DNA of 64,000 nucleotides from Acidobacteriota bacterium (GTDB lineage Bacteria; Acidobacteriota; UBA6911; RPQK01; JAJDTT01): NCBI GenBank assembly GCA_965263035.1, contig OZ253580.1, positions 5,216,001 to 5,280,000 of the forward strand, read 5' to 3'. Shown piece by piece: positions 21,055 to 31,556 of this stretch (position 1 is its first letter; each line of letters starts with the position of its first letter). The notes under the pieces were generated by a model. It saw only the letters and a program-made list of their open reading frames with translations, ran no database searches and was not told where the DNA came from. The position numbers and the translations under genes were made by a program.

Positions 21055-23135
21055 CGCGCGCCCCCCTGCTCGTAGGCGTTGAGTCCCGAGATGTCCCTGC
21101 CGTGGGCCCGCTTGTTCAGGAGCGGGACGAGGTCGTCCATGAGGGCGAGTTCCCGCTCCCGACGTTCACGCCAACCCAGGCCGAGCGGCTCCATCAGGTC
21201 GGTGAGCTGCTCGCCGTCGAAGATCATGCGCTGGAGGATGGTGTCGACGAAGGCCGAGAGCGACTCAGTCGTCAGACCGTGGGCGTGGGCGAGGTCCTCG
21301 ATCTCCTTGGCCTGCTTCTCTTCCTTGAACTGCTCGTAGCCGGCGCGGATGGAGGCCTCGTCAAGGCCCTCACCCTCCTTGAGTGAGCGGACGAAGTCGG
21401 TGATCTCTTCCCGCTCGTCGAGGAACTTGGCGTCGGACTGGATCAGCCCGATGAGCTGCTCGCGGCTGATCGTGAGCTTCTTCGGGTCCTGCCCCGAATA
21501 TTTGGCGATCAGCTTCATGATGTAGTCGTAGTCGATGAGTGCGGAGGCGAAGAGGACGAACTCGAAGTCGAGCTCGTCGACATCGAAGTTGGCGGGCTCG
21601 CCGTCCTTTCCGGGCGTACCCTGCTGCTCCTTAAGTCGCTGGGCGGTTTCGAGGTAGACGCCACGGAAGGCGCGGAGGTCGTCCTCGGGGAGGACCTGCT
21701 CAATCTGCTCGCGCTGCTCGTCGGTGAGGTCGGTGTACTGGTCGAGCTGGGTGTGGAGGCGCTGGACCTCCTTGAACCGCTTAATGAACTGGGCACGGGC
21801 GTCGTCGCCCATCAAGTTTTTCACCTGATCGGGCGTGGCTTCGCGGCCTTGCGACAGCATGAACTCGCGGAGGTCGGCGACGGCCTTACTGAAGTTGTCG
21901 ATGACGACGGGAGCCTTGTCGACCAGCCAGATCTCACGGGCCTGGTCAGCCTGCGCCCCGGAGAAGAGAGCGATGGCGGCGTCTACGCTGTCTTGCTGCT
22001 GGCGGAAGTCGAGGATGTGGCCGTAGGGCTTGGTCGCGTTGAGAACGCGGTTGGTGCGGGAGAAGGCCTGGATCAGGCCGTGGTGCTTGAGGTTCTTGTC
22101 GACGTAGAGCGTGTTGAGATACTTGGCGTCGAAGCCGGTGAGGAGCATGTCCACGACGATCGTGATGTCGATCTTCTCGCCGCCCTTGCGGGGCAGGTCG
22201 CGGTTGGAGAACTGCTGGTCCTTGATGCGCTGCTGGATGTCCTGGTAGTAGAGGTCGAAGTTGTTGATGTCGTGGTTCGTGCCGTACTGCTGGTTGTAGT
22301 CGGCGATGATGGCCTTGAGCGCGGTCTTCTTGCCCTCGGGGTCGTGCTGGTTGTCCTCCTTCTCCTGGGGGAGGTCCTCCTGGATCTGCTGGACGTCCTT
22401 GTTGCCCTCCGCTGGCGGCGAGAAGACGGCGGCGACCTTGAGGGGGACGAAATCGGGTTCGTCGGCCTGGCGTTGGGCCTGAAGCTGCTTGAAGACCTTG
22501 TAGTACTCGATCGCGTCGTTGATCGAGGCGGTGGCCAGCAGCGCGTTGAAGCGTCGGTCTCCGGTCGCGGCATCGTGCTTGTCGAGGATGGCCTGGGCGA
22601 CCGCCTGCTTCGTGAGCGTCTGACCCGGCTTGAGGGCGGAGGCGTCCTTTGGCTTGTAGTAATCGACGTGGAAGCGGAGGACGTTCCGATCCTCGATCGC
22701 GTGGGTGATGGTGTAGGCGTGGAGATCTTTCTGGAAGAGGTCCTTGGTGGTTCGAAGGGTGGCGACGTCTCCCTCGATCTGCTTGACGGTGGCGTTGTCC
22801 TCGAAGATCGGGGTGCCAGTGAAGCCGAAGAGCTGGGAGTTTGGGAAGAACTCCTTGATGGCCCTGTGGTTCTCGCCGAACTGCGAGCGGTGGCACTCGT
22901 CGAAGATGAAGACCATCCGCTTGTCTCGGAGCTGTTCGAGCCGCTGCTTGAACGTTGACTGCCCTCGAGCGATGCTCTGCTTGTTGTGCTTTCTGTTCTC
23001 GTCGAGGGCGAGCCCGAGCTTCTGGATGGTCGTGACGATGACCTTGTCCGCGTAGTCGTCGGACAGGAGGCGACGGACGAGCGCCGCGGTGTTGGTGTTT
23101 TCCTCGACGCAGTTCTCCTGGAACCGGTTGAACTC

Positions 23136-24918
23136 TGGAGTTGACCCGCTTTCGTGGACACATCCAAAGTAGGGGAGTAAGGAGGGATCCACGATGGCAA
23201 GAAAGCAGAGACGGTATCCGCCGGAGTTCCGGCGGGAGATCGTAGGGCTGGTGCGCTCGGGGCGATCGCCGGAGGCACTGGCGCGGGAGTTCGAGCCCTC
23301 GGCTTCGGCGATCCGGAAGTGGGTCAAGCAGGCCGATCTGGACGAGGGGCACCGGAGCGACGGGTTGACGACGTTCGAGCGCCAGGAGTTGCGCCAGGCG
23401 AGGCGGGAGATCAAGCGCCTGCGGATGGAGCGGGACATCCTAAAAAAAGCCGCGGCTTGGTTCGCCCGGGAGAGCGACTCGATCCCCGGAAAGGATTCGA
23501 GGCGCGTAAAGGCGCACCGGGCCCAGTTTCCGATTCGGGTGATGTGCCGCGTGTTGGGTCTCTCCCCCAGTGGGTACTACGCCTGGTTGAAACGTCTGCC
23601 CTCGAACCGGGCTCGCCAGGACCAGGCGCTTCGGGAAAAGATCGTGCAGATCTGGAACGAGAACCGGAGAGTTTACGGTCGGCCTCGTCTGCATGCCGAA
23701 CTGAGAGCTCGAGGGGAACGGACGAGCCCGAAGCGTGTGGGCCGATTGATGCGGGAAGCGGGAATTCAGGGGGTGAGCCGGAGGCACCGGAAGGCCGGGC
23801 TCACCCGGAGGGACCGGAAGGCGCGTCCCGCACCGGACCTGGTGAACCGGAACTTCGCGGCTGAGGGACCGGATCAGCTCTGGGTGGCGGACCTGACGTA
23901 TGTTCGCACGCAGGCGGGCTGGTTGTATGTGGCCGTGGTCCTGGACGCTTGGAGCCGAATGGTCGTGGGCTGGGCAATGGAGACCCATCTGCGGTCCGAA
24001 CTGGTCGAGAATGCGCTCGCCATGGCGGTGATACGGCGACAGCCGAAGCAGGTGATCCACCACTCGGACCAGGGGGCACAATACACCTCGACGGCCTTCG
24101 GGAAGAGATGCCGGGAGGCCGGGGTGCGGCCGTCGATGGGCTCGGTGGGGGACGCTTACGACAACGCGATGTGCGAGAGCTTCTTCGCGACGCTGGAATG
24201 CGAGTTGCTGGACCGTCACCAGTTCCGGAATCCGAATCAGGCGAGGCGGGCCGTCTTCGACTTCATTGAGGGATTCTACAACCGGCGCCGCCGACACTCG
24301 GCGCTGGGCTACGAGTCGCCGGTCCGCTACGAGCAGCAGGCAGCGTAGGACCCACGGCGTCGTCGAAACTCGATCCGGACGACGAGATCCTCGATTCGTG
24401 CTCTCGCCGAGTGCAGTGATGACCTGCTGGGGTCGTCTTTCCTGCCTCCAATGCCGGTCCTGCGGGCCGGGAGGCTCAGAAGGACTGACGCCGCCTCACG
24501 AACCGGTTCGTTTTCGCGCTGCTCGACCACGAAGCCAGCACCATCACCGTCGCACCAAGCGTCGCGCGCGACACGATTGAAGAGGGCAGGGGGGCGCTGC
24601 CCCCCTGAGACCCCCGGATGCAAAGAGATACACACCACTCTTAAATCCCTGGAAAGAAAGCGCCGAGGCCCCCTCGTTACGCGGTATCCCATTGTGGAAA
24701 ATCAGAGATTTCCCACAACGGGAGCCCTTTTGCTGACGCCTCCATCAGTCCCCCCACAGAAGAAAGAACGCTCTGTCAATGGTCAAAACCCTGACATTTT
24801 CTATGGCCATTGACATTCAGCGGGAGGAAGTCTTGCTCCCCAACGACAGAAGGAGTATTACAACCTAGACCAACGTAAACCGCACTAATAAACCGTCCAC
24901 GAAAACGGGACACCTTCA
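23136..24918 (+). mobile_element. IS3-family element (1783 bp) with 3-bp TSD CTC
   Basis: TG...CA ends; IRs tggagttgacccgctttcgtggac / gtccacgaaaacgggacaccttca. CTC lies at 23133-23135 and 24919-24921. Confidence 0.93.
23194..24348 (+). CDS. IS3-family transposase, OrfA and OrfB in one frame
   Basis: HTH OrfA, ILKKAAAWFA, WVADLTY, HSDQGAQY, DNAMCESFF motifs. Confidence 0.92.
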   Translation: MARKQRRYPPEFRREIVGLVRSGRSPEALAREFEPSASAIRKWVKQADLDEGHRSDGLTTFERQELRQARREIKRLRMERDILKKAAAWFARESDSIPGKDSRRVKAHRAQFPIRVMCRVLGLSPSGYYAWLKRLPSNRARQDQALREKIVQIWNENRRVYGRPRLHAELRARGERTSPKRVGRLMREAGIQGVSRRHRKAGLTRRDRKARPAPDLVNRNFAAEGPDQLWVADLTYVRTQAGWLYVAVVLDAWSRMVVGWAMETHLRSELVENALAMAVIRRQPKQVIHHSDQGAQYTSTAFGKRCREAGVRPSMGSVGDAYDNAMCESFFATLECELLDRHQFRNPNQARRAVFDFIEGFYNRRRRHSALGYESPVRYEQQAA

Positions 24919-26002
24919 CTCCTCGCGGGTCTGGCGGTCGAGGTCCTTGCGATCGACGACGAACAGGCACTTGAGGATGCTGTCGTTGGTCTTGAGGAGT
25001 GTCGCGGCCTTGAAGGAGGTGAGCGTCTTGCCCGAGCCGGTCGTGTGCCAGATATATCCGTTGCCGCAGTTCTGGTCGATGCAGTCGACGATGGCCTTGA
25101 CGGCGTAGATCTGGTACGGGCGCATCATTAGGAGCTTCTGCTCGCTCGCGATGAGGACCATGTACTTGCTGATCATCTGGCCAAGCGTGCACTTGGCGAG
25201 GAACCGATCGGCGAAGTCGTCGAGGTGGGTGATCTTCGTGTTGTCCTCGGCCGCGCACTGGTAGATCGGAAGGAACCGCTCGTCCGCGTCGAAGGCGAAG
25301 TGCCGCCCATTGTTGTTGGCGAAGTACCACGTGTCGGTGCGGTTGCTGACGATGAAGAGCTGGACGAAGCAGAGAAGCGTCTTGGTGTATCCGTTACCGG
25401 GGTCGTTCTTGTAGTCGACGATCTGCTCCATCGCCCGCCGGGGGCTGATCCCAAGCGTTTTTAGTTCGATCTGAACGACGGGGACGCCGTTGATCAGGAG
25501 CATGACGTCGTAGCGGTGATGGCTGTTGTCCGTATTGATGCGGAGCTGATTGACGACTTCGAAGTGGTTTTTGCACCAGTCCTTGATGTTGACGAGGGTA
25601 TAGTTGAGCGGCGTGCCGTCGGCGCGGATAAACGCTTCCCGGTTCCGGAGGGAGCGTGCGGCTTCGTACACGTCGGGTGTGACGATCTCATCGAGGAGTC
25701 GCTGGAACTCGCCGTCGGTGAGTGTGACACGATTCAGGGCTTCGAACTTTTTCCTGAAGTTCGCTTCAAGCGTGGCTCGATCGCGGATGTCGGGGCGATA
25801 TTCGTACTTGAGATCCCGTAACTTTGTGACAAGCGACTCTTCAAGATCGCGTTCGGGTGTGATCATCGCCATCGCGGGGACTCACTTTATTGGGCGTCTG
25901 CTAAAAGCGTCCGACTGTCCGGTGTTACATACGAACGTGAGCCGAGGTTGGCTTCGATGCCGCGGATGAAGGAGGCGATCTTGCTGTGGATGGATTGTTC
26001 TA

Positions 26003-26158
26003 TCATTCTGCCTTCCCGGTGGTGATTGGGCGGCTATCGCCGTGGCCTGTCTCAAAAAACCTCAGCCGCTCGTACTCCTCCACCGCCATCACCACCACAA
26101 CCGGCCGGCCATGCTTGGCGACCACACTGCTAGTCGGCCCCAAAGGCCTGCCCGTCAT
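26003..26158 (-). pseudogene. Phd/YefM-family antitoxin remnant
   Basis: VVAKHGRPVVVVMAVEEYERL is the typical Phd C-terminal half. The N-terminal half is missing and no toxin is nearby. Confidence 0.65.
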
Positions 26159-26404
26159 CGGTCCGACCACCACCGCCCTGGGCGCTCCGGAGCGCTCAGG
26201 ACGGAGCCATTTAAACAGATAACCCCGGCAACTTTGGTAGTGGTGCCGAGAAGTGTGAAATGTTGGGAAAGCTATTTCTCAACCTCTCCCCGTCCCACTA
26301 CCCAAGCAAAGGGGTCTATGGCCTTTGCACGGCCTTACACTTACTAAAACCGCTTCCGCTTAGAGACGGGTCCCACAGCCCAAAGCGGACTGGAAGATTA
26401 CCCC

Positions 26405-26758
26405 CTATCCCCTTCCAACTGCTTTATTCTCGCGTGCGATACTGCCCGTTACGGTGTCCAAAATGCGAATGATCTGCCGGTGGTTTTTATGCATCTGCTC
26501 TAGCGTGACTGCGTTCTCTGTCTTATCGGGTTTCGATTGAACGGGCGATCGTGCCGCTCGGTGCGCGATTTCAAGGGCCAACTCTAGCTGTTGCTCAACG
26601 AGGCTCTTGACATGCAAAAGCGATGGGCCATCGTAGTCACTGGCAATAGGACCTGGGAACTCAGCGTGACTTGGAGTCTTGCTCATTATACGTCCTCCGA
26701 TAGTAGTGTTCGAGTGCGTTGCTGGAATTTCCCTTCCCACCAAGTCTTCAGGTGACAC
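26405..26758 (-). CDS. Hypothetical protein
   Basis: ORF with an internal GGAGG-preceded ATG (MSKTP); no motif recognised. Confidence 0.4.
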   Translation of the reverse strand: MSPEDLVGREIPATHSNTTIGGRIMSKTPSHAEFPGPIASDYDGPSLLHVKSLVEQQLELALEIAHRAARSPVQSKPDKTENAVTLEQMHKNHRQIIRILDTVTGSIARENKAVGRG

Positions 26759-26786
26759 CGAAGGGATCTAGCTCGGTTGGGTTCTC

Positions 26787-27065
26787 TCAGTCGGGAGACA
26801 AAGCCTCCTTCACTTCAGTGGCTACCAAGCCAGGCAAGTCTATCCGCAGTTCGTCGATGTCTGCCGCAATGACTTTGGACCTAGCGATCAGACTCCGCAG
26901 GTGGACATCCAGTTTGTCCATCCGCGTTTCCATGCTCGCCATCCGGTTCTCAAGGCGGTCCATCCGTTCTTCCAGCTTGTCCATCCGCTTTACAAGCGGT
27001 TGAATGCCAGCTTGGACAGCCTTGTACACGACCGACAAGAGTTCGGCCTTTTCTTCCGTAGTCAT
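26787..27065 (-). CDS. Small coiled-coil protein with heptad repeats
   Basis: GGAG RBS; RMDKLEE/RMDRLEN/RMASMET/RMDKLD encoded by imperfect 21-nt repeats. Confidence 0.65.
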   Translation of the reverse strand: MTTEEKAELLSVVYKAVQAGIQPLVKRMDKLEERMDRLENRMASMETRMDKLDVHLRSLIARSKVIAADIDELRIDLPGLVATEVKEALSPD

Positions 27066-27457
27066 CGTGTGTCTACTCCCTGGACACAAGATACCAAAGT
27101 TTCGGGTTTTAAATAATTCCTACGAAGCGAGGGAAGTAGCCTGTCGGGGAGAACCCGACAGCGGAAACTGTTGTCCGACAATGTCGATGACAAGGTTTAG
27201 ATTGGCTGTATCCGACTTGTAGGCCCGATGGGCTGCAGCGTGGCCCGCATTCAGCGCCGCCTCCAGGGTCTCTCGATTGATCTTGCTCAGGAATCCCTTG
27301 TCCTCCAGCGCATCCAGCCTCTTCGCGAAGGTGCCGGAATCACCAACCTGCCTTAATAAGGGGGATTATATACGAAAGTGCCGAAAAAGGTTGCCCGTAG
27401 GGGTTGACAATCCCGGAACTTTCCTATATAATATGTCTTGTAAGTCAGGAGGCTGCA

Positions 27458-28408
27458 ATGAGTTACGAGACACGGAACAAGGCACTCGGCAAGGCGTTCC
27501 GAGAGGGACTTTCACTTCGCGGATTCTTCAAGAGATTTCCCGACGATAAAGCCGCTGAGGAATGGTTCATAAAGCAGCGGTGGCCGGAGGAAGTCTGTTG
27601 CGTCCATTGCGGCTCCACCAACGTCCAGACCGGAGCCAAGCATCCTTCCATGCCGTATCGTTGCCGCGATTGCGGCAAGCGGTTCAGCGTCCGGGTCGGG
27701 ACGGTTATGCAGTCCTCCAAACTCGGCTATCAGACTTGGTTGCTTGCGACCTACCTCCTTACTACCAGCCTCAAGAGCGTTTCCTCCATGAAGCTGCATC
27801 GTGACCTGGACGTAACACAGAAGACGGCTTGGCACCTTGCTCACCGGATACGGAAAGGTCTGAACCTGACTGGAATGGCCCTGTTCTCCGGCCCGGTCGA
27901 GGCTGACGAGGCGTATCTCGGCGGAAAGCGGAAGAATATGCCGAAGGCCAAACGCGCCAAACTGAAGGGACGTGGAGCCGTTGGAAAGACGGCCGTGGCT
28001 GCCGTCAAAGATCGCCCCTCCAACCAAGTGTCGGCCCGAGTCGTCCCTGACACCAAGTCTGAAACCCTCTCCCGTTTCGTCTTGGAGCACGTGGGAGAAG
28101 ATGCCAAGATCTACACGGACGATTCAACCTCTTACGGCCGGCTTGTCCATCACGAGACGGTCAGACATTCTCTTCAGGAGTACGTCAAAGGCAACTGCCA
28201 CACCAACGGAGCCGAATCGTTCTGGTCCATGTTGAAGCGGAGTTACCACGGAACCTTTCACCACTTCTCGGAACAGCACACCGACCGATACGTTGGAGAG
28301 TTTGCCGCACGTCACAACCTAAGGCGCATGGACACGTTGGATCAAATGGCCCTGGTCGCTGACCGGATGGTGGGAAAGCGGCTGCGTTACAAGGATTTGG
28401 TGGGTTGA
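27458..28408 (+). CDS. IS1595-family transposase
   Basis: Zn ribbon CVHCG/CRDCG, VEADE.YLGG, YTDD, HTNGAESFW, Y..EF..R.N; AGGAGG RBS. Confidence 0.94.
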   Translation: MSYETRNKALGKAFREGLSLRGFFKRFPDDKAAEEWFIKQRWPEEVCCVHCGSTNVQTGAKHPSMPYRCRDCGKRFSVRVGTVMQSSKLGYQTWLLATYLLTTSLKSVSSMKLHRDLDVTQKTAWHLAHRIRKGLNLTGMALFSGPVEADEAYLGGKRKNMPKAKRAKLKGRGAVGKTAVAAVKDRPSNQVSARVVPDTKSETLSRFVLEHVGEDAKIYTDDSTSYGRLVHHETVRHSLQEYVKGNCHTNGAESFWSMLKRSYHGTFHHFSEQHTDRYVGEFAARHNLRRMDTLDQMALVADRMVGKRLRYKDLVG

Positions 28409-28910
28409 ACGAAAATCGACTGATCTTTGGAGACAACCTTGAAGTCATGCGGGAGGATGTCCCGGATGAATCCGTTGGGAACACACCCAATACATTGGCC
28501 TTCCCCATACCATCACACACGCTCAGGAGCTTGCCAGCATCGATAAATTCCGGTTTGAGAGGTGGGCTGCTGCTCTGGTGGACGGTATGGAGCCGAACCG
28601 AATCCAGAGACGGGATGGCGGAATTGACGGCGTGGGACGGCTCCCGATCCGCCAGGGCCGGTTCATTGACATCGTTTCTCAGGTCAAAGGCGGCTCTACC
28701 AATCCCGGACACGTCCAAGCCTTCAACGGCGCACGTCAACAGGCCGGAGCTGATCTCGGCATCTTCACCTGCTTTCGAGACAGAGTGACCAACGGCATGA
28801 GAAATGCCGCCGTCAACGCCGGACGCTTCATGGACCTGCCCAAGATTCAAATCTACACGCCGGAAGACTCCTTTGAGGGGAAGCAACCTAGGATGCCGAG
28901 GGCCGCATGA
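28405..28910 (+). pseudogene. Internally deleted DNA methyltransferase / Mrr-like endonuclease fusion (IS passenger)
   Basis: NRLIFGDNLEVMREDVPDESV (MTase N-terminus) is joined out of frame near 28477 to ...DKFRFERWA...DGGIDG...SQVKGG (Mrr-type). Confidence 0.7.
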
Positions 28911-29089
28911 AGAAACCCAGACACAATCCCCAACATCCCACCATCGAACTGGTCAAGGATTCCTACCAACCGACCAAGGCCGAACTGGAACAGGATATGC
29001 GCGTGGAAGCAGACTTCGAGGAGCTGGCCCGTGCATTGGTCCAGCCCGTGAATATCAGATGGATAGACCGGCCACGGAACCGGCGTTAA
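28907..29089 (+). CDS. Small hypothetical IS passenger protein (60 aa)
   Basis: ATGA overlap with the upstream stop; ends just inside the right IR. Confidence 0.55.
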   Translation: MKKPRHNPQHPTIELVKDSYQPTKAELEQDMRVEADFEELARALVQPVNIRWIDRPRNRR

Positions 29090-29450
29090 TGCTCAGGTTT
29101 CGGCACTTTCGTATATAATCCCCTTAATAAGAGTCCATCGATCACTGTTCGAGCACCCATCAGAGCCAGCCGCCGTTGATCAGCTTGGAGAGCGCCGTAG
29201 ATTTCTCGCATTAGCTCTGCCGTTGCCTCCGGAATGTCTTCGAGCCAAGGTGGTTGCCGACGTGGTACACGAGTCGGATAGTACTCGACGTTTTCACAAT
29301 CTGGATCTTCCGAAAACCAAGACGTCCGTTTTACAGAGATCTCTTCGCAACCGCAGCACTCCAGCAAGGAATATGTATTTCTCCAGTGAATAGTAAAATC
29401 TTCCTCTATGGTTTGGGAGCCCTGCTGCTGTCGCACTGCGACCACATGAT

Positions 29451-31188
29451 CCCAGATTATTCATCACGCAAACATAAAATGAGCAAGCGTGCCCGTCATG
29501 TCGAGTCGGATCAGAGGGTTACCGGATACCCACATAAAACGGATGGGATCCGACCTGGGTGAAACGCTATCTTTGTTGTCAACGTCGGTTTAACCCCAGG
29601 ATTCAAGGGGGGCCGAAACCCAAGCATTTCCACGGTTTGCGTCCCCTCCAAGGGCGGCATAAAGAGACGGCGTGCCCGTCATTTGTGGTATGATTATAGT
29701 GCTAAGAAACAACCACAAAGAACGGAGCACGCCATGCCTGAGACGATACCGCAGATCCGGCCCTCATTCAACCGATCCCTCCGCCTCGAGACCCGCCCCG
29801 AGTTGCTCAGTGCGGACACGGGAGCCCTGGTGCAGCGGGAGCTGATGGATCGCAGCGGCCTCATCGACTGGTTGACCGGGCGGTTGCACGATCCGCGACA
29901 CCCGAGTTCGATCCGCTATCCGCTGTCGGATCTGCTGCGGACTCGACTCCTGCTGCTGGGTCAGGGCTGGCGCGACCAGTCCGACGCCGACCGCCTGCGT
30001 CAGGATCCGAGCTTGCGGGTGGCGAGCCGGACCCGTCGGGGCACGGCGGCCTTGGAGGAGGGCCAGGGGCTGGCGTCGCAGCCGACCTTGTCCCGACTGC
30101 TGGACACGCTCAGCCGGGAGGAGAACCTTCCGGTCCTGCACCAGGCGGTGACGGAGCTGGCGTGCCGTCGGATCGAGATGATCGAAGGCCAGCGGCGAAA
30201 ACGGGGGAAAAAGACCCCACGGAAGAAGAGACGGAAAAAGACGATGTACCTGGACGTGGACGGTCTCCCGGTCGAGGTCCATGGGCATCCCCCGGGAAGC
30301 GAATGGAACGGATACTATCGCCAGCGGATGTACCACGGGTTGGTGGCGAGTTGTGCCGAGACGGGGGACCTGATCGACGGGGAGATTTTTCCGGGAGCCA
30401 GCTACCTGGGGAAAAAGGCGCTGAAGTTGACGCTCCGGGTGGTGCTGGTGGTGCGGGAGCGACCGGGGGAGTTGTATCCGGATCATTTCTGGTTGCTGAC
30501 GAGCCTGAGCCGGAAACGATACGAGGCTCAGGAGTTGCTGGCACAGTATCGAAAGCGGGGGAAGGCGGAAGGCCACATGGGGGAGTTCATGGACGTGCTC
30601 GATCCGGCCTTGTCCTCCGCGAGCCGGCCCAAGACGCACTATCGGGGCCAACCGCTGAAGTCGGAAGCCAAGCCGGAAGCGAGGACGGAGGCCGGCGTTC
30701 GACCCCACAACGAAGTCCGGTTCCTGCTGAATCTGCTGGGGTACGAGATCCTGCACCTGGGTCGGGTGCTGATGGAGCAGGCGACGCGTCGGGGCTGGAG
30801 TCTGCGTCGTTTTCGCGAGCGGGTGTTGCGAGTGGCGAGTCGGGCGCTGCGTCAGGGGAGGCGATTGATTTTCGTCATCAGTCAAGGGGCGACGGACTGG
30901 AAGCGGTTGTGGCAGAGACTGGCGCGGGTGTCCTGGGCGCCGGGATAGTGGACGGAGGAGAAAACGGGCCCGTGGAAGGGACCGAAACGGTGGGGATTTC
31001 TCACCGGAAAGTCAACCTGTCGGCGGGTGACGGTCCCCCTGGCCGGTAAACGGTTAATGACTGGTTCAATCGTCCTGTTTTCGAGCCGATTCAGTCGAAT
31101 CGACAGAGCTTCAAGAGAAACCGGGCTCCGATCGCACGAAAACGCCGGGTTGGAAGCTCTTATCAACATGTTCCATGAATAATCTGGG
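29451..31188 (+). mobile_element. IS1380-family element with 5-bp TSD ATGAT
   Basis: IRs cccagattattcat / atgaataatctggg. ATGAT lies at 29446-29450 and 31189-31193. Confidence 0.88.
29683..30948 (+). pseudogene. IS1380-family transposase, probably with an internal in-frame deletion
   Basis: LSADTG, LASQPTLSR, LDVD..PVEVHG and YRKRG.AE are present. The R.D.GF second-aspartate region seen in the other IS1380 is absent. Confidence 0.7.
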
Positions 31189-31556
31189 ATGATGCTTGGT
31201 CTCACATCCACACTGATTGCAGTGGGATCTGGCGATCTTTTCATCAGCCATAACAAAACTCCGATCTGTTCTATTGAAGGGTTCTGCCGGCCAGATTTCG
31301 GGTACCCATAACAGACTCGCACAATATACTTTATCGCATTCTAACCCGCGCTCCCGACTCCCCATATTCTGCGCCGGCCGAGGCCCTCAGTCCCCCCTCT
31401 TTTTTTCCAACCTGGGTGAGCCCATCCTGGTGAAAACATCACATTCACCAATGTCGGACCGATCCAAACCATGAGGAGGGACACGCCATGAAAAGGCTGC
31501 GGTGGTTGCCGTAGCCGTTCTTTCTGGGTGTCGATTCTTGTAGAAAAAGCCGATGG

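Larger units (their letters stand above)
21051..25872 (-). pseudogene. hsdR: Type I R-M restriction subunit split by an IS3 (N-part 24919-25872, C-part 21051-23135)
   Basis: QIELK, HTTGSGKT, DECHR, GFTGTP, MLLTGFD, QAFSRTNR. Removing the IS and one CTC copy restores QTREEFNRFQ. Confidence 0.95.
27361..29123 (+). mobile_element. IS1595-family element with passenger genes, perfect 26-bp IRs and 8-bp TSD TTAATAAG
   Basis: IR ggggattatatacgaaagtgccgaaa at both ends; TSD at 27353-27360 and 29124-29131. Confidence 0.95.
27120..31251 (-). pseudogene. DUF4145-type (HEPN-like) protein with N-terminal CxxC motifs, split into three parts by two IS
   Basis: 31251-31189 + 29445-29124 + 27352-27120 join in frame to 205 aa: MADEK..CNQCG..CCGC..ARTVID..KRLDALEDKG..AGHAAAH. 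Confidence 0.8.

Noticed and set aside
23136-23438. N-terminal extension of the 795-aa ORF 21051-23438
   Set aside because: It is read through the antisense strand of the IS3. True HsdR sequence resumes at EFNRFQ.
26906-26990. 21-nt periodic repeats as a DNA-level element
   Set aside because: Explained by the heptad coding of the coiled-coil protein.
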